Below are positions 19,198 through 28,476 of a stretch of 64,000 bases of DNA, piece by piece; positions within the stretch are counted from its first letter, which is position 1, and every line of letters begins with the position of its first letter. The notes beneath the pieces were generated by a model. It was not told the DNA's origin. It was given only the letters and a program-made list of their open reading frames with translations, and ran no database searches. A program made the translations under genes and the position numbers. The DNA is taken from sequence record MZ502379.1. One strand, 5' to 3'. This stretch comes from Escherichia phage vB_EcoM_Shinka.

Positions 19198-21285
19198 TTA
19201 TCCTTGAACGAACTTGTAAGGCATGTTTGTAATATCTATGCAAGACGCAATAATTCCAAGAGATGATTCTGCTTTCTGTTTAACATTTGATGAAACAAAT
19301 GATGCAAAGTCAACTCTGTCTTCTATTTCACCTGTCATTGCAACTACTTCGCCGGTTTCCATTAAACGGTCACCGTCATAAATTACCGATTCGGTGAGTT
19401 CTTCGGTGGTCATAACTTCAGCTTGAATGAGTTTTGTATTGTTAGATGTTGTTCCGTCATTATTAGAAGCATCAGTTATTTTATTAACTTTGACCATCAA
19501 TCCGCGCGGTAGAATAACTTCAGCTTCTGTTGCTATTCCGAGACTTCCTGGATATACAACATTAACTTTATGTGCGCCGTCAATTGCCCATCCTATTTGA
19601 ACTTTAACGTATTCAGGATTTTCTTTATACGCTCTTATTTCGTTTGGATTAATAGTTATTCCTTCTTCATTTTTATCAACTGTTAATTCATTGCGAGCTT
19701 CTGGTTCTAAAAGACCAATACCAGCATGTGTAATTCCAAAACGTCCAAAAATGATAGGAGTTAAAGAAGTAGATACAAAATTTCTGAAATAGAACACTTT
19801 ATTTTTAACTAGCGCTTCATATATAGGAGCAGTCATACTTTGAGCACGATAAACTGTAATGCCTTCCGGTATACGGTCACCATTTTCAAAAGCTGAATCT
19901 AAATTATTTATAGCAGATTCAATTTCTTTTTCACTCATTGCATCATATCGTTCTGGATTGTAACGACCTAAAAGAAGATTATTAATGTCTGTATATCCTG
20001 AGCCACAATATTCTCTAATGCCGCGCTTTTGTGATGGAGTATATTTAGAACCATCACGGGCAATAGTAATATCAATCATTGGACCAGCACCAATTCCAGA
20101 AAAACTATAAATCATTCGTTTGAGGAATTTAGTTTTTGCTGCATTCCAGGCATTTTTAGTTATTTCTCCCCAGACTTCATCTGGCTGCCCTTTACGAGTT
20201 TTATTATGTTTATCAAGCCAATTATCTTTATATTCTTCAAAGAATTTATTAATAGCTGCTGCGTATTTCTCTAAACATTTTATTGAAGTAGTTGGTTCAT
20301 TTTTTATCGCGTTAAAAATTACATCTTTAATTTTTTCTGAAACTTCATCAACCTCACTTTTTGAAAAGAATTTATAGTCATAGTGAAGTTCATTCGCAGT
20401 TCCTTCGGCAATAATTTTTGCTGCCTTAATTTTAGAAGCTAATGAATTAATTCCAAGCTTCATTTCTTCTGCTTCGGGAATTAAAGGAGCGGTAGCAGGT
20501 TTATTGAAATTAGCTGCGGTAGATTCATACTTATGGAATAATTCACTTTCAAATCTAGAAGATTCTAATGATTGACTTTGTGCAATTGCTCTACGGGAAA
20601 TTTTAACTTTAACGATTACAGCTTGGTCAGAACGTTTATCATTTTCTTGCGCAATAGATGCAGCAATTGCCTCATTTTTAGTTACTTGAGCTCCAGTATC
20701 TTTATTGATATAAACATCACCGACCTTCGATTCAACTTTAGTAAAGAGCTCGGTACTAATTTCCGGAACTCCTGGAATGTCTTCTAGTGATACATTTTTG
20801 CGATGTATAAGAATATATGCATACTTTTTATCGTAATCCCAGAGTTCCTTAAGAAGGACGTATCTGCCACCTGAACGACTACGGATAAGTCTATCAGCAA
20901 TAACTTGAATTTGTCGAGCTTGGCCAGCAGTTTTAGACTTAAGAATACGAAGCATACAAGCATCAATTTTATATTGACGCATAGTTTGCATTGCAACAGT
21001 AAAAACTGAATTGATATAATTAATTGGGCTTGGACCAAGACCTTTTAATTTAGCAATTGAACCTTTAGCAGTTAATGTAAAAGGAACAATATGCATCATT
21101 TTATCGCCCATTTTTAAATCGCGATTAGTATCACCTCCAGATGTATAGGTACATAAACGAAAGCCTGGTTGTTCAATTGCGTCATCAACATGAACTGAAA
21201 AAATTTGTGGTATTTTCTTCTTTGGATTTAAGTTTGTAATCGGAAGAGTAGTATCTTCGTCAAATAATTCTGTAATAAGTTCCAT
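19198..21285 (-). CDS. alt: ADP-ribosyltransferase Alt
   Basis: 695-aa ORF from the second ATG (Shine-Dalgarno GAGAGG spacing); motifs YRAQ, FVSTSL, EAEVILPRG; N-terminus matches T4 Alt from memory. Confidence 0.9.
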   Translation of the reverse strand: MELITELFDEDTTLPITNLNPKKKIPQIFSVHVDDAIEQPGFRLCTYTSGGDTNRDLKMGDKMMHIVPFTLTAKGSIAKLKGLGPSPINYINSVFTVAMQTMRQYKIDACMLRILKSKTAGQARQIQVIADRLIRSRSGGRYVLLKELWDYDKKYAYILIHRKNVSLEDIPGVPEISTELFTKVESKVGDVYINKDTGAQVTKNEAIAASIAQENDKRSDQAVIVKVKISRRAIAQSQSLESSRFESELFHKYESTAANFNKPATAPLIPEAEEMKLGINSLASKIKAAKIIAEGTANELHYDYKFFSKSEVDEVSEKIKDVIFNAIKNEPTTSIKCLEKYAAAINKFFEEYKDNWLDKHNKTRKGQPDEVWGEITKNAWNAAKTKFLKRMIYSFSGIGAGPMIDITIARDGSKYTPSQKRGIREYCGSGYTDINNLLLGRYNPERYDAMSEKEIESAINNLDSAFENGDRIPEGITVYRAQSMTAPIYEALVKNKVFYFRNFVSTSLTPIIFGRFGITHAGIGLLEPEARNELTVDKNEEGITINPNEIRAYKENPEYVKVQIGWAIDGAHKVNVVYPGSLGIATEAEVILPRGLMVKVNKITDASNNDGTTSNNTKLIQAEVMTTEELTESVIYDGDRLMETGEVVAMTGEIEDRVDFASFVSSNVKQKAESSLGIIASCIDITNMPYKFVQG

Positions 21286-21308
21286 CATAGCCTCTCTAGT
21301 GTTTATTC

Positions 21309-21316
21309 TATTTATA
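21309..21316 (-). promoter_or_regulatory. late promoter (TATAAATA) for alt
   Basis: Minus-strand TATAAATA ~25 nt upstream of the alt Shine-Dalgarno, just after a hairpin. Confidence 0.5.
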
Positions 21317-21337
21317 AAATTAAAGGCCCGAAGGCCT

Positions 21338-21526
21338 TTAATAATCTATTGGTAAGAGAGTACGATATATTTCAAACTTTGGACCTTTTTCATAGGCATC
21401 AAATGTTTCTGTAAATTTATTATAAGCATATGCATCTACAAATTCGAGAATGACTTGTGATACAGAAGTAGAAACATCTCCACCTTCTTTTTGAGCAATG
21501 ACAATTGTTTCTAAGTAAGCTTTCAT
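21338..21526 (-). CDS. hypothetical small protein
   Basis: 62-aa ORF; start overlaps the gene 30 stop (ATGA). Confidence 0.55.
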   Translation of the reverse strand: MKAYLETIVIAQKEGGDVSTSVSQVILEFVDAYAYNKFTETFDAYEKGPKFEIYRTLLPIDY

Positions 21527-22986
21527 AGACCAGTTACCTCATGAAAATCACCAAATACATCCTCGAACGTATTAGCTTTAGTTTTATCTTCACGTAAACG
21601 AATCGCAATCGGAAGAAATAATTTAACGTAATCAGTGCGACCATCAGATTTTAACCAACCGTTGCATTCGCACTCTAGAATTTTTCCAATATAATAATTT
21701 TGATTTTCCATAATGCGAGTACGATCAAGTTCATGCGATTTTACACCGGCTTTATCTTTTAAGCCTGAACCAGCATTTACTTTAATTTTTCCACACTCTG
21801 ATTCAAGAACGAAACCACCTGCTTTAGTAGGGTCTTTACGGTGAGGATAAATTCCTACAATTTTTAAATCAACATCAATTACTTCTTTGAATTTATAGAG
21901 ATTTTTTGAACGAGCATTTTCCCATAATCCATCGATATTTTTGAGAATAATACCTTCAAGACCTTGGTCAATATACTTTTTGTAAATTACCTTAGCTTCA
22001 TCTATGTTATTTACTAATTGGTTTTCAATTAAAATTACTTTATCATAGCCTGATGTCATTTGTTCTAGTTTAGAAAAACGTACATCATATTTTAAACGAA
22101 ATGCTGGAAGACCATATATTTCTACTAATGGAACATAGTCCCAGACCTGAAACTTCATGCATTGTGCTTCTTTTTCAGAAATGGTTCCCTTTAAAGATTT
22201 ATTGGCGATGCCATTAGATGCAGTACGTGATTCAGCTACTTCGGCGAATTCTTTAGCTTTACTAATTTCAGGATAAGCATCAAAAAGAAAATCTAGGCCT
22301 TCTGGTTCCTTTTCAACTTGCTCATGGTATACCAATTCGCCATCAATTAACACACCTTCTGGATGAATCTGGCGGGCTTCAGCGGTCATTTTGATTAACT
22401 CTTCCTTAAGAAGATCTAATCCTAGATATTCATTACCAGCTCGTGATAAAAGACGGACATCATCTAATTCATCACCTCTAACTTCAGCAAAACACCGAGC
22501 TCCATCTGCTTTTAATTGTGCAAAGGCTGGAAATTTGATATTCTTACTAATGCCTTTTTCATCATAAGAACTTGCGAGCATTTGAGGTTGTTCAGGAATT
22601 AAACCTGGCCAAACTTTGTTTGCAATAGATACTGAAGCACCACATTCAAGGTCTCGCATCATCACTCGACGCAAAACTTCAACATCATCTTTTTTACCAT
22701 CGGTGATGTATCCAGTTAATTCCTCAATCGCCGCATTTCCAGTCAATTTCCGAGTAGCTAACGTGAATTCAATGAAGTCAAGCATATCGGTAAGAGTCAA
22801 CATTCCAAAACTCTGGGTAGCAATACCAGGTTTAGGCCATTTCTTGATATAATACTGTAACCCACGAGAATAAGTCAGACGATATACTCGTTTAAGCAAT
22901 TCATTATCTTTATTCTTTTCAAGAATTGCTTGCTTCTGCTTAGTTGAACCAATAGATGCTATTTCGTTCAGAATTTTAAGAATCAT
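21523..22986 (-). CDS. 30: ATP-dependent DNA ligase gp30
   Basis: 487-aa ORF, active-site lysine motif KADGAR; T4 ligase length. Confidence 0.97.
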   Translation of the reverse strand: MILKILNEIASIGSTKQKQAILEKNKDNELLKRVYRLTYSRGLQYYIKKWPKPGIATQSFGMLTLTDMLDFIEFTLATRKLTGNAAIEELTGYITDGKKDDVEVLRRVMMRDLECGASVSIANKVWPGLIPEQPQMLASSYDEKGISKNIKFPAFAQLKADGARCFAEVRGDELDDVRLLSRAGNEYLGLDLLKEELIKMTAEARQIHPEGVLIDGELVYHEQVEKEPEGLDFLFDAYPEISKAKEFAEVAESRTASNGIANKSLKGTISEKEAQCMKFQVWDYVPLVEIYGLPAFRLKYDVRFSKLEQMTSGYDKVILIENQLVNNIDEAKVIYKKYIDQGLEGIILKNIDGLWENARSKNLYKFKEVIDVDLKIVGIYPHRKDPTKAGGFVLESECGKIKVNAGSGLKDKAGVKSHELDRTRIMENQNYYIGKILECECNGWLKSDGRTDYVKLFLPIAIRLREDKTKANTFEDVFGDFHEVTGL

Positions 22987-23252
22987 TGTTCATCCTTTAG
23001 AGTTTGGTTTACAGCTCTATTATAAATCAATTCATCATTAAGCTCAGTCAAAGACCTGTGGTACGTTGTTCTAACTTTATTTCCTTGCATCCAGTGCTTG
23101 ACGTAAATGAAACCTTGCTCTACACATTTTTTAAAAATTCGTTCGTCTTTTTGAGCTCGGAATTCTGGATTGCATCTAAAAAATTGATTTACGTGACCGT
23201 AATCACGTGTAGTATTACCTTCATTTTCATAAATAGTGTGAACGACAAACAT
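22983..23252 (-). CDS. 30.1: hypothetical protein (30.1 position)
   Basis: 89-aa ORF overlapping the gene 30 start. Confidence 0.65.
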   Translation of the reverse strand: MFVVHTIYENEGNTTRDYGHVNQFFRCNPEFRAQKDERIFKKCVEQGFIYVKHWMQGNKVRTTYHRSLTELNDELIYNRAVNQTLKDEQ

Positions 23253-24088
23253 TAGAATGCTCCTTGGAAAATATTATCACCACTAGTAGGTCTATTATAC
23301 AAATACTCTATGCCACCAGGTTTAATATAGTTCCATGTCTGAAACGGATGCGTCTGATATGGATGATATGGATGATATGGATTAAATCCAGGAGTTCTCC
23401 AGGTAGTGTTCCAAGGAAAAGAATCGTTTTTAATCATCTTTTCAATTACATCTTTTATAGCTTTTTCACTATCAAAACTTTCTTTATTTTCCTTCGGTGA
23501 AAAAAGCTTATTTTCTACATCATTCCATGTATAAACTCGCTGAGCAGTTTTTGGAATATTGTCACGCTCTCCTCGAGCCATCCAATAAACAGGAACATTT
23601 AATATTTCACTCGCATGATCGCAATGGTGAGCGAGATCGTCAATATAACAAATCACGTTATATTTCTCTTTTGCCTTTTTAAACAACTCTTCTTTTGAAG
23701 AATCATGACCACACATCAGTACTTCTGAGAAGGCACCAGGAAAAAGAGCGTTTAAATTAAATTGACGATTCAGCAGAGCGTCAATAGAATCACCCAATGC
23801 TGTAACAGCTACAAAATTATAATCTTCTTTTAATTTGTTAATTACACACAGAGCATCTTTATATGGAGACAAGTAACGAATAAAATCTGAACGATTGTAT
23901 TTTTCAATTAGCTTGACGCCAAGTTCTTCGTCACAATTAAAGAGTTTACCTGGAGAAATAAATTTCTCATCCTGGATCATTTTTAAAATATGTTCTAACG
24001 GAAGATTATATTTCTGAGCAAAATAAGGAAGACCTGATTGCCAGCTTAAACATACTCCATCAATATCAGTTAAAATAGTAGGCTTCAT
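23252..24088 (-). CDS. 30.2: HAD-like phosphatase family protein (30.2 position)
   Basis: 278-aa ORF, N-terminal DxD motif ILTDIDGV typical of HAD hydrolases. Confidence 0.75.
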   Translation of the reverse strand: MKPTILTDIDGVCLSWQSGLPYFAQKYNLPLEHILKMIQDEKFISPGKLFNCDEELGVKLIEKYNRSDFIRYLSPYKDALCVINKLKEDYNFVAVTALGDSIDALLNRQFNLNALFPGAFSEVLMCGHDSSKEELFKKAKEKYNVICYIDDLAHHCDHASEILNVPVYWMARGERDNIPKTAQRVYTWNDVENKLFSPKENKESFDSEKAIKDVIEKMIKNDSFPWNTTWRTPGFNPYHPYHPYQTHPFQTWNYIKPGGIEYLYNRPTSGDNIFQGAF

Positions 24089-24549
24089 AGAGAGTCTCTT
24101 AATAGGTTTAACACATCAATAAATTCAGCTTCGGTTAGTATTGTATCATCTTTTGTTAGACCACTAGCCATGCTGTGCTTCAAAACTTTTCCTTTCGAGG
24201 CTTGTAATGCATCACGAAAGCCCTTGTTTTGAATCGCTGCTTCAAAATATGCATTTGTGTATAATTCTTTCCACGCCGGGGAGTATCTTGAAAATGGAAC
24301 TCCAAGCCAGAAGAGGGTCCCACGGTCCTGAGCTCTAGCATAAGACCTTCCAGCTTGTTGAGCGGCAAGCCCGGATAACCCAAATATACGACGTTGTTGT
24401 TCAACGTTTTTCACCTTGCATCCTTGGAGGAATCCTTCAAGACCTCCAAATTGAATACCATCCATAACGAAAGGCCAATGGGCGAAATTACTTAATGCAC
24501 ATGATGGCCACCTAAAATTACTTCTAATCTCTAACTCAGACATTTTCAA
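24085..24549 (-). CDS. 30.3: NADAR/YbiA-like (DUF1768) protein (30.3 position)
   Basis: 154-aa ORF; SNF..W and GLEGFLQGCK motifs resemble the NADAR family. Confidence 0.7.
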   Translation of the reverse strand: MKMSELEIRSNFRWPSCALSNFAHWPFVMDGIQFGGLEGFLQGCKVKNVEQQRRIFGLSGLAAQQAGRSYARAQDRGTLFWLGVPFSRYSPAWKELYTNAYFEAAIQNKGFRDALQASKGKVLKHSMASGLTKDDTILTEAEFIDVLNLLRDSL

Positions 24550-24742
24550 TGCTTATAATTTCAACATCAGCCCAATGACCATAGTTTGGTAGACGAAATT
24601 CAACTGGCCAGTCACTGCCTTTTTCTAATATAATAGACTCAATTTGTGGTTCTTCATGTTCATCGGTATATGGATTTTTATCTGTTACTTTATATGTGAC
24701 CTTAATGTACTGAATTCCAAAAATCTTATTAATTATATTCAT
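24536..24742 (-). CDS. hypothetical protein
   Basis: 68-aa ORF in the 30.x cluster. Confidence 0.55.
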   Translation of the reverse strand: MNIINKIFGIQYIKVTYKVTDKNPYTDEHEEPQIESIILEKGSDWPVEFRLPNYGHWADVEIISIENV

Positions 24743-24936
24743 ACTAATTCCTTTAATCCGTAGATAGGAGATAATTCATCACCCATACGAAGGTCTTCAT
24801 TTCCATCTACCCAGGAAACAATATAAGCCTCTTTTATTTGAATACCACTCCATTTAAATGGAGGTAAAACCTTAGAAATTAATCCAGGTATACCAACTCC
24901 CTTTAATTCAACGGTTTGACCTAAAAAGAATTTCAT
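24739..24936 (-). CDS. hypothetical protein
   Basis: 65-aa ORF in the 30.x cluster. Confidence 0.55.
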   Translation of the reverse strand: MKFFLGQTVELKGVGIPGLISKVLPPFKWSGIQIKEAYIVSWVDGNEDLRMGDELSPIYGLKELV

Positions 24937-25226
24937 TAAAACCTCATCTGAAAACCGTGCGATTTAACATTACCGCCGCCAATATCAGAGATATTAATTT
25001 CGCGCGCAATTGAAGGGTCAATGTCAATTTCGCGATTGAGTTTAGTGATAGCTAAAGTATCACGCCCATTTACAGTACGGAACTCTAAAGGACAAACCAC
25101 ATCAACGTAGTTTTTAATAGATTCGCTAGTAGGTTGCAAATGAGCAGGAAGGTCTTTGGGCGCCTTTGAGAAAACCACTTCACAGAAATTTTTACGGGTA
25201 TCAAAATAAGTAGTCATAAACATAAC
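24936..25226 (-). CDS. hypothetical protein
   Basis: ORF trimmed to ATG 25226 with GAGGAAA Shine-Dalgarno; the track start is TTG. Confidence 0.55.
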   Translation of the reverse strand, partial: VMFMTTYFDTRKNFCEVVFSKAPKDLPAHLQPTSESIKNYVDVVCPLEFRTVNGRDTLAITKLNREIDIDPSIAREINISDIGGGNVKSHGFQMRF

Positions 25227-25263
25227 ATTTTCCTCAGTAAGGGGCCAAAGCCCCTCATTTATT

Positions 25264-25629
25264 TTAAATATCAAATTCGTTAAGAACTACATCAAAGATT
25301 GCTTCAAGATGCTCAGGTTTAGCTCTGTTACTCAGAATATGACGAATCCAAGTTTTAACCAAAAGCTTGCGATTAACGCCATTCCAGCAAGGATGAGTCC
25401 CTAAATCGCGTTCACGGAAATCATCATCCAGAGCGATTTTAAAGTTGGAACCTTCCATCGTGATTGAAACCGTGATACCGTTTTCAAATCGCATATAAAC
25501 GTAATTAGGAGTCATATACTGCTCAATTTCGCATACTGATCCATTTTGATGTTTCCAAAGGCAAATAGTATCAATAGAACCTGCAATACCATTAGAAACA
25601 TATTTACGTTCAAAGTTGATGTAGTTCAT
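25264..25629 (-). CDS. hypothetical protein
   Basis: 121-aa ORF with an early-type promoter upstream. Confidence 0.65.
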   Translation of the reverse strand: MNYINFERKYVSNGIAGSIDTICLWKHQNGSVCEIEQYMTPNYVYMRFENGITVSITMEGSNFKIALDDDFRERDLGTHPCWNGVNRKLLVKTWIRHILSNRAKPEHLEAIFDVVLNEFDI

Positions 25630-25665
25630 TTTTATTCTCCAAGATGTTTAATTGCGGTACAGGTA

Positions 25666-25695
25666 TATAATATCATATCCTGTACCAAAGTAAAC
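25666..25695 (-). promoter_or_regulatory. early-type promoter
   Basis: Minus-strand GTTTAC...TGATATTAT upstream of ORF 25264-25629. Confidence 0.5.
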
Positions 25696-25697
25696 AA

Positions 25698-26030
25698 TTA
25701 TTTTACTACTTTCCAATGCTGCATGTCAAGTTTACCAACTTTTTTCATCTTCTCAATTAAGCGTTCGGCACGTTGGCGAGCTGTAACATAATACCATTCA
25801 CCTAATTCATTTTGTTCAATTTTTCCAACGATTACTGTATTCAATTCATAAATCCAACCAGTAAAGAAATTATGAACTTGAATTGTAAAGGTGAAATCTG
25901 TTCCCATACCTTCTGTTGTTTCTACTTCAATAATATCACCTTCAACTGCCATTAAGAACCACATAGTTTCATCATATTTACCATTGAAGCATTTAGTTTT
26001 AACTGCAGCGTTCAGATTAATCGTTTTCAT
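25698..26030 (-). CDS. hypothetical protein
   Basis: 110-aa ORF with early-type promoter and Shine-Dalgarno upstream. Confidence 0.65.
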   Translation of the reverse strand: MKTINLNAAVKTKCFNGKYDETMWFLMAVEGDIIEVETTEGMGTDFTFTIQVHNFFTGWIYELNTVIVGKIEQNELGEWYYVTARQRAERLIEKMKKVGKLDMQHWKVVK

Positions 26031-26057
26031 TTTATTCTCCTTTGTTTGTGTAAGATA

Positions 26058-26087
26058 ATACTATCACAAAGGAACCATACTGTAAAC
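26058..26087 (-). promoter_or_regulatory. early-type promoter
   Basis: Minus-strand GTTTAC, 18 nt, TGATAGTAT upstream of ORF 25698-26030. Confidence 0.5.
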
Positions 26088-26103
26088 AACTTTATGCAAT
26101 CTT

Positions 26104-26135
26104 TGGAAAATAAAAAAGGACTCCCGAAGGAGTCC
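26104..26135 (-). terminator. intrinsic terminator downstream of the 30.9-region ORF
   Basis: GGACTCC-TTCG-GGAGTCC (minus) followed by TTTTTTATTTTCC. Confidence 0.6.
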
Positions 26136-26140
26136 TCAAC

Positions 26141-26317
26141 TTATGCTTTCTGCTTACCAAAACGAGAAGCATCATCTCGAAGAACCGCACGTGCTCGGCG
26201 CATGATCTTCTCAACAGTTTGATTGATACGAGAGTTCGACCCACGCTTGTAGCCAGCGCGTTTAGAATCACCAACTTTCTTTTCAACTGCTTTCTTTGCT
26301 TTAGCTTGTTTTGCCAT
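26141..26317 (-). CDS. small basic protein (30.9 region)
   Basis: 58-aa Lys/Arg-rich ORF from ATG 26317; track ORF extended by a non-ATG start. Confidence 0.55.
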   Translation of the reverse strand: MAKQAKAKKAVEKKVGDSKRAGYKRGSNSRINQTVEKIMRRARAVLRDDASRFGKQKA

Positions 26318-26561
26318 TATAAATTCTCTTTTAAATGAAAATGCAGGACTTATTGGCATTGCCTGCGCAAGCCCTCAAGGGGAACATAGGTTTTTGGATA
26401 TTTAACGACCAGGATAACCATAAACCCGTCATCATTCACATTCAAGAGGTACACCGTAAAACTGCCGGGGTCTTAAAACTATAATGATTCGCAAATCATT
26501 AATCAGACAGTTCGACGGCTCCTCGATTTAGCTCACACTAAGGCAGTGAATCTCCAATAAA

Positions 26562-26810
26562 TTACTTCAATGTTACCACAAAGTGACGAACTGCTTTTCG
26601 CGCAGCAGAAGCCAAAGGCTTAGCATATTTAAGTTCATCTTTTTCCTGAAGCTCAGCAGCTAATGCAGTTTGAGCAGGATTCAGATGTTTGAAATAACGC
26701 AGGATTTCAAGAGCTTCGGCTTCAACATCAATAGATGCGCCATAGTTTTCGTGACCATTATTCCATGCGTTTCGTTGCAGTTCAAGAGCGTGTTGTAATT
26801 GTTTAATCAT
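26562..26810 (-). CDS. rIII: lysis inhibition accessory protein RIII
   Basis: 82-aa ORF, T4 RIII length, position between the 30.x genes and gene 31. Confidence 0.85.
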   Translation of the reverse strand: MIKQLQHALELQRNAWNNGHENYGASIDVEAEALEILRYFKHLNPAQTALAAELQEKDELKYAKPLASAARKAVRHFVVTLK

Positions 26811-26957
26811 TTAAAAATTCTCGTTAGAGATTAAAACTCGGTAGTCACGTTCTTCTGAATTTCATCTTCTTTCGACAGATCTCTCAGTTGTAGACTACCA
26901 CATAGAATTGTTCGGTTAACTTATTATTCCGACACCCAATTCATATTATTATTTATA

Positions 26958-27293
26958 TCACTTATAAAGACACGGAATAGCTTTATAGTGACAGGTAACG
27001 AATTTTTGTTTAATTTCTTTTGGCTGCTTAAGACCCAGAGCTACAAAAGGATGCGGAACATTTCGAATTTGACCAACTGGAAGAGAAGTCAAATCGCCAA
27101 CTTCGCAGAAACCTTCAGGAACATCAGGACCGACAGAGTGAACTACACACAGTTCAGGAACTTCACCTTGAACACGTTTACCGATAATAAGTCCTGATTC
27201 TGTAACTTCTTCATCACCGGCTTGTGCAGGTTCAGAAACTAAAATAACATATTCACCGACAGCACGAATTGGTAGCTGTTGTACTTCAGACAT
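26958..27293 (-). CDS. 31: co-chaperonin gp31 (GroES analogue)
   Basis: 111-aa [22 protein letters not shown]...; T4 gp31 length and sequence from memory. Confidence 0.95.
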
Positions 27294-27349
27294 CGTTTTT
27301 CCTTTTTGTTAACAGATGAATTAATAATAACAAATAATTCTTAAAGCAT

Positions 27350-27658
27350 TTATTTACCAATAAATTGAAGCAAATGCTCAACTTTCATACCATTAACGGA
27401 AATCAATTTGTCAATAGAAAAACCTCGCCATGCACCAAGCTCAACATCAAATACCGGAATCATGTCAGTAGATTCTTTCCGAGTAGATTCAGTCAATTTG
27501 CCAGTTTGCATGGTTGGCATAAAGTCCGCGTCGCGAGTACCTTTCATAACACGAATAGTACCGTCAGACTTTTCAAAAACTACGTTTGAAACACCCATGG
27601 ACAATTTAGTTTTCAAAATTTCACGAATTGCTACTTTCTGCTCAGTTGTCAGTTTCAT
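27350..27658 (-). CDS. hypothetical protein (31.1 position)
   Basis: 102-aa ORF. Confidence 0.65.
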   Translation of the reverse strand: MKLTTEQKVAIREILKTKLSMGVSNVVFEKSDGTIRVMKGTRDADFMPTMQTGKLTESTRKESTDMIPVFDVELGAWRGFSIDKLISVNGMKVEHLLQFIGK

Positions 27659-27895
27659 TTATTTACCTATTACAGTTTTAATATGAGTTGTTCCACGTTC
27701 TTTAAGGGTGGAAAGTAATTTTTGGCATTTTTCTAAATCAGATTTCCAACTATATGGTCTATCAATACAAACCCATTCTGACTTATAATACTGCTTCCAT
27801 TTAGAGAAAAAATATTTCTTATACTCTACAGCAAATGAAATGTTCTCGTTGGAATAAGAACTAATTGCTGTGAGTTGTACCAAACGAAATTTCAT
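27659..27895 (-). CDS. hypothetical protein (31.2 position)
   Basis: 78-aa ORF. Confidence 0.6.
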   Translation of the reverse strand: MKFRLVQLTAISSYSNENISFAVEYKKYFFSKWKQYYKSEWVCIDRPYSWKSDLEKCQKLLSTLKERGTTHIKTVIGK

Positions 27896-28476
27896 TATTC
27901 ACCACAGAATTCGTTGATATTTTCCCAGTTTAACTTATTCAAGTTTTTCTTAGGAACATTAAACACTTCAATACCTGCATTTCGCAGAATATCATCCCAG
28001 CCAGGTTTATTTTTATCATATGTTTCGCAATAAACCAGCTTTTTAATACCAGATTGAGCTATCGCTTTTGCACAATCTGGACAAGGAGAAAGTGTTACAT
28101 ACATAGTAGCACCTTCAATAGAAGAGCCATTTCGTGCAGCAAACAAAATCGCATTTAGTTCAGCATGAATTTCATTTTTAGATGACCATTCCGAGTGAGC
28201 ACTACGATGTTCTTTCGCCAAGACAAAACGATCAGTTGAACCAAATGATACGCATTCAGGCTTATGACCTTGAATGATAGTATGTTTAGGCTTATTCAAT
28301 AACCAACCTTGCTCAGCAGCATAATCACAACAGTTCACACCCCCTGCGGGTGAACCATTATACCCAGTAGAAATAATACGTCCATTCTTTTCAATTACTG
28401 CTCCTACCTTCCAGGAGCAACATTTTGATTCTTGTGATACTAAATATGCAATTTGAAGTACTGTACTCGCTTTCAT
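27895..28476 (-). CDS. cd: dCMP deaminase
   Basis: 193-aa ORF with zinc-binding HAE and PCxxC motifs (HAELNAI, SPCPDCAKAI). Confidence 0.95.
   Translation of the reverse strand: MKASTVLQIAYLVSQESKCCSWKVGAVIEKNGRIISTGYNGSPAGGVNCCDYAAEQGWLLNKPKHTIIQGHKPECVSFGSTDRFVLAKEHRSAHSEWSSKNEIHAELNAILFAARNGSSIEGATMYVTLSPCPDCAKAIAQSGIKKLVYCETYDKNKPGWDDILRNAGIEVFNVPKKNLNKLNWENINEFCGE

Noticed and set aside
26360-26561. 48-codon plus-strand ORF (MQDLLALPAQALKGNIGFW...) in the rIII downstream gap
   Set aside because: It is on the strand opposite to all flanking genes, has no Shine-Dalgarno, and has unremarkable composition. Kept only as part of the non-coding-gap finding.
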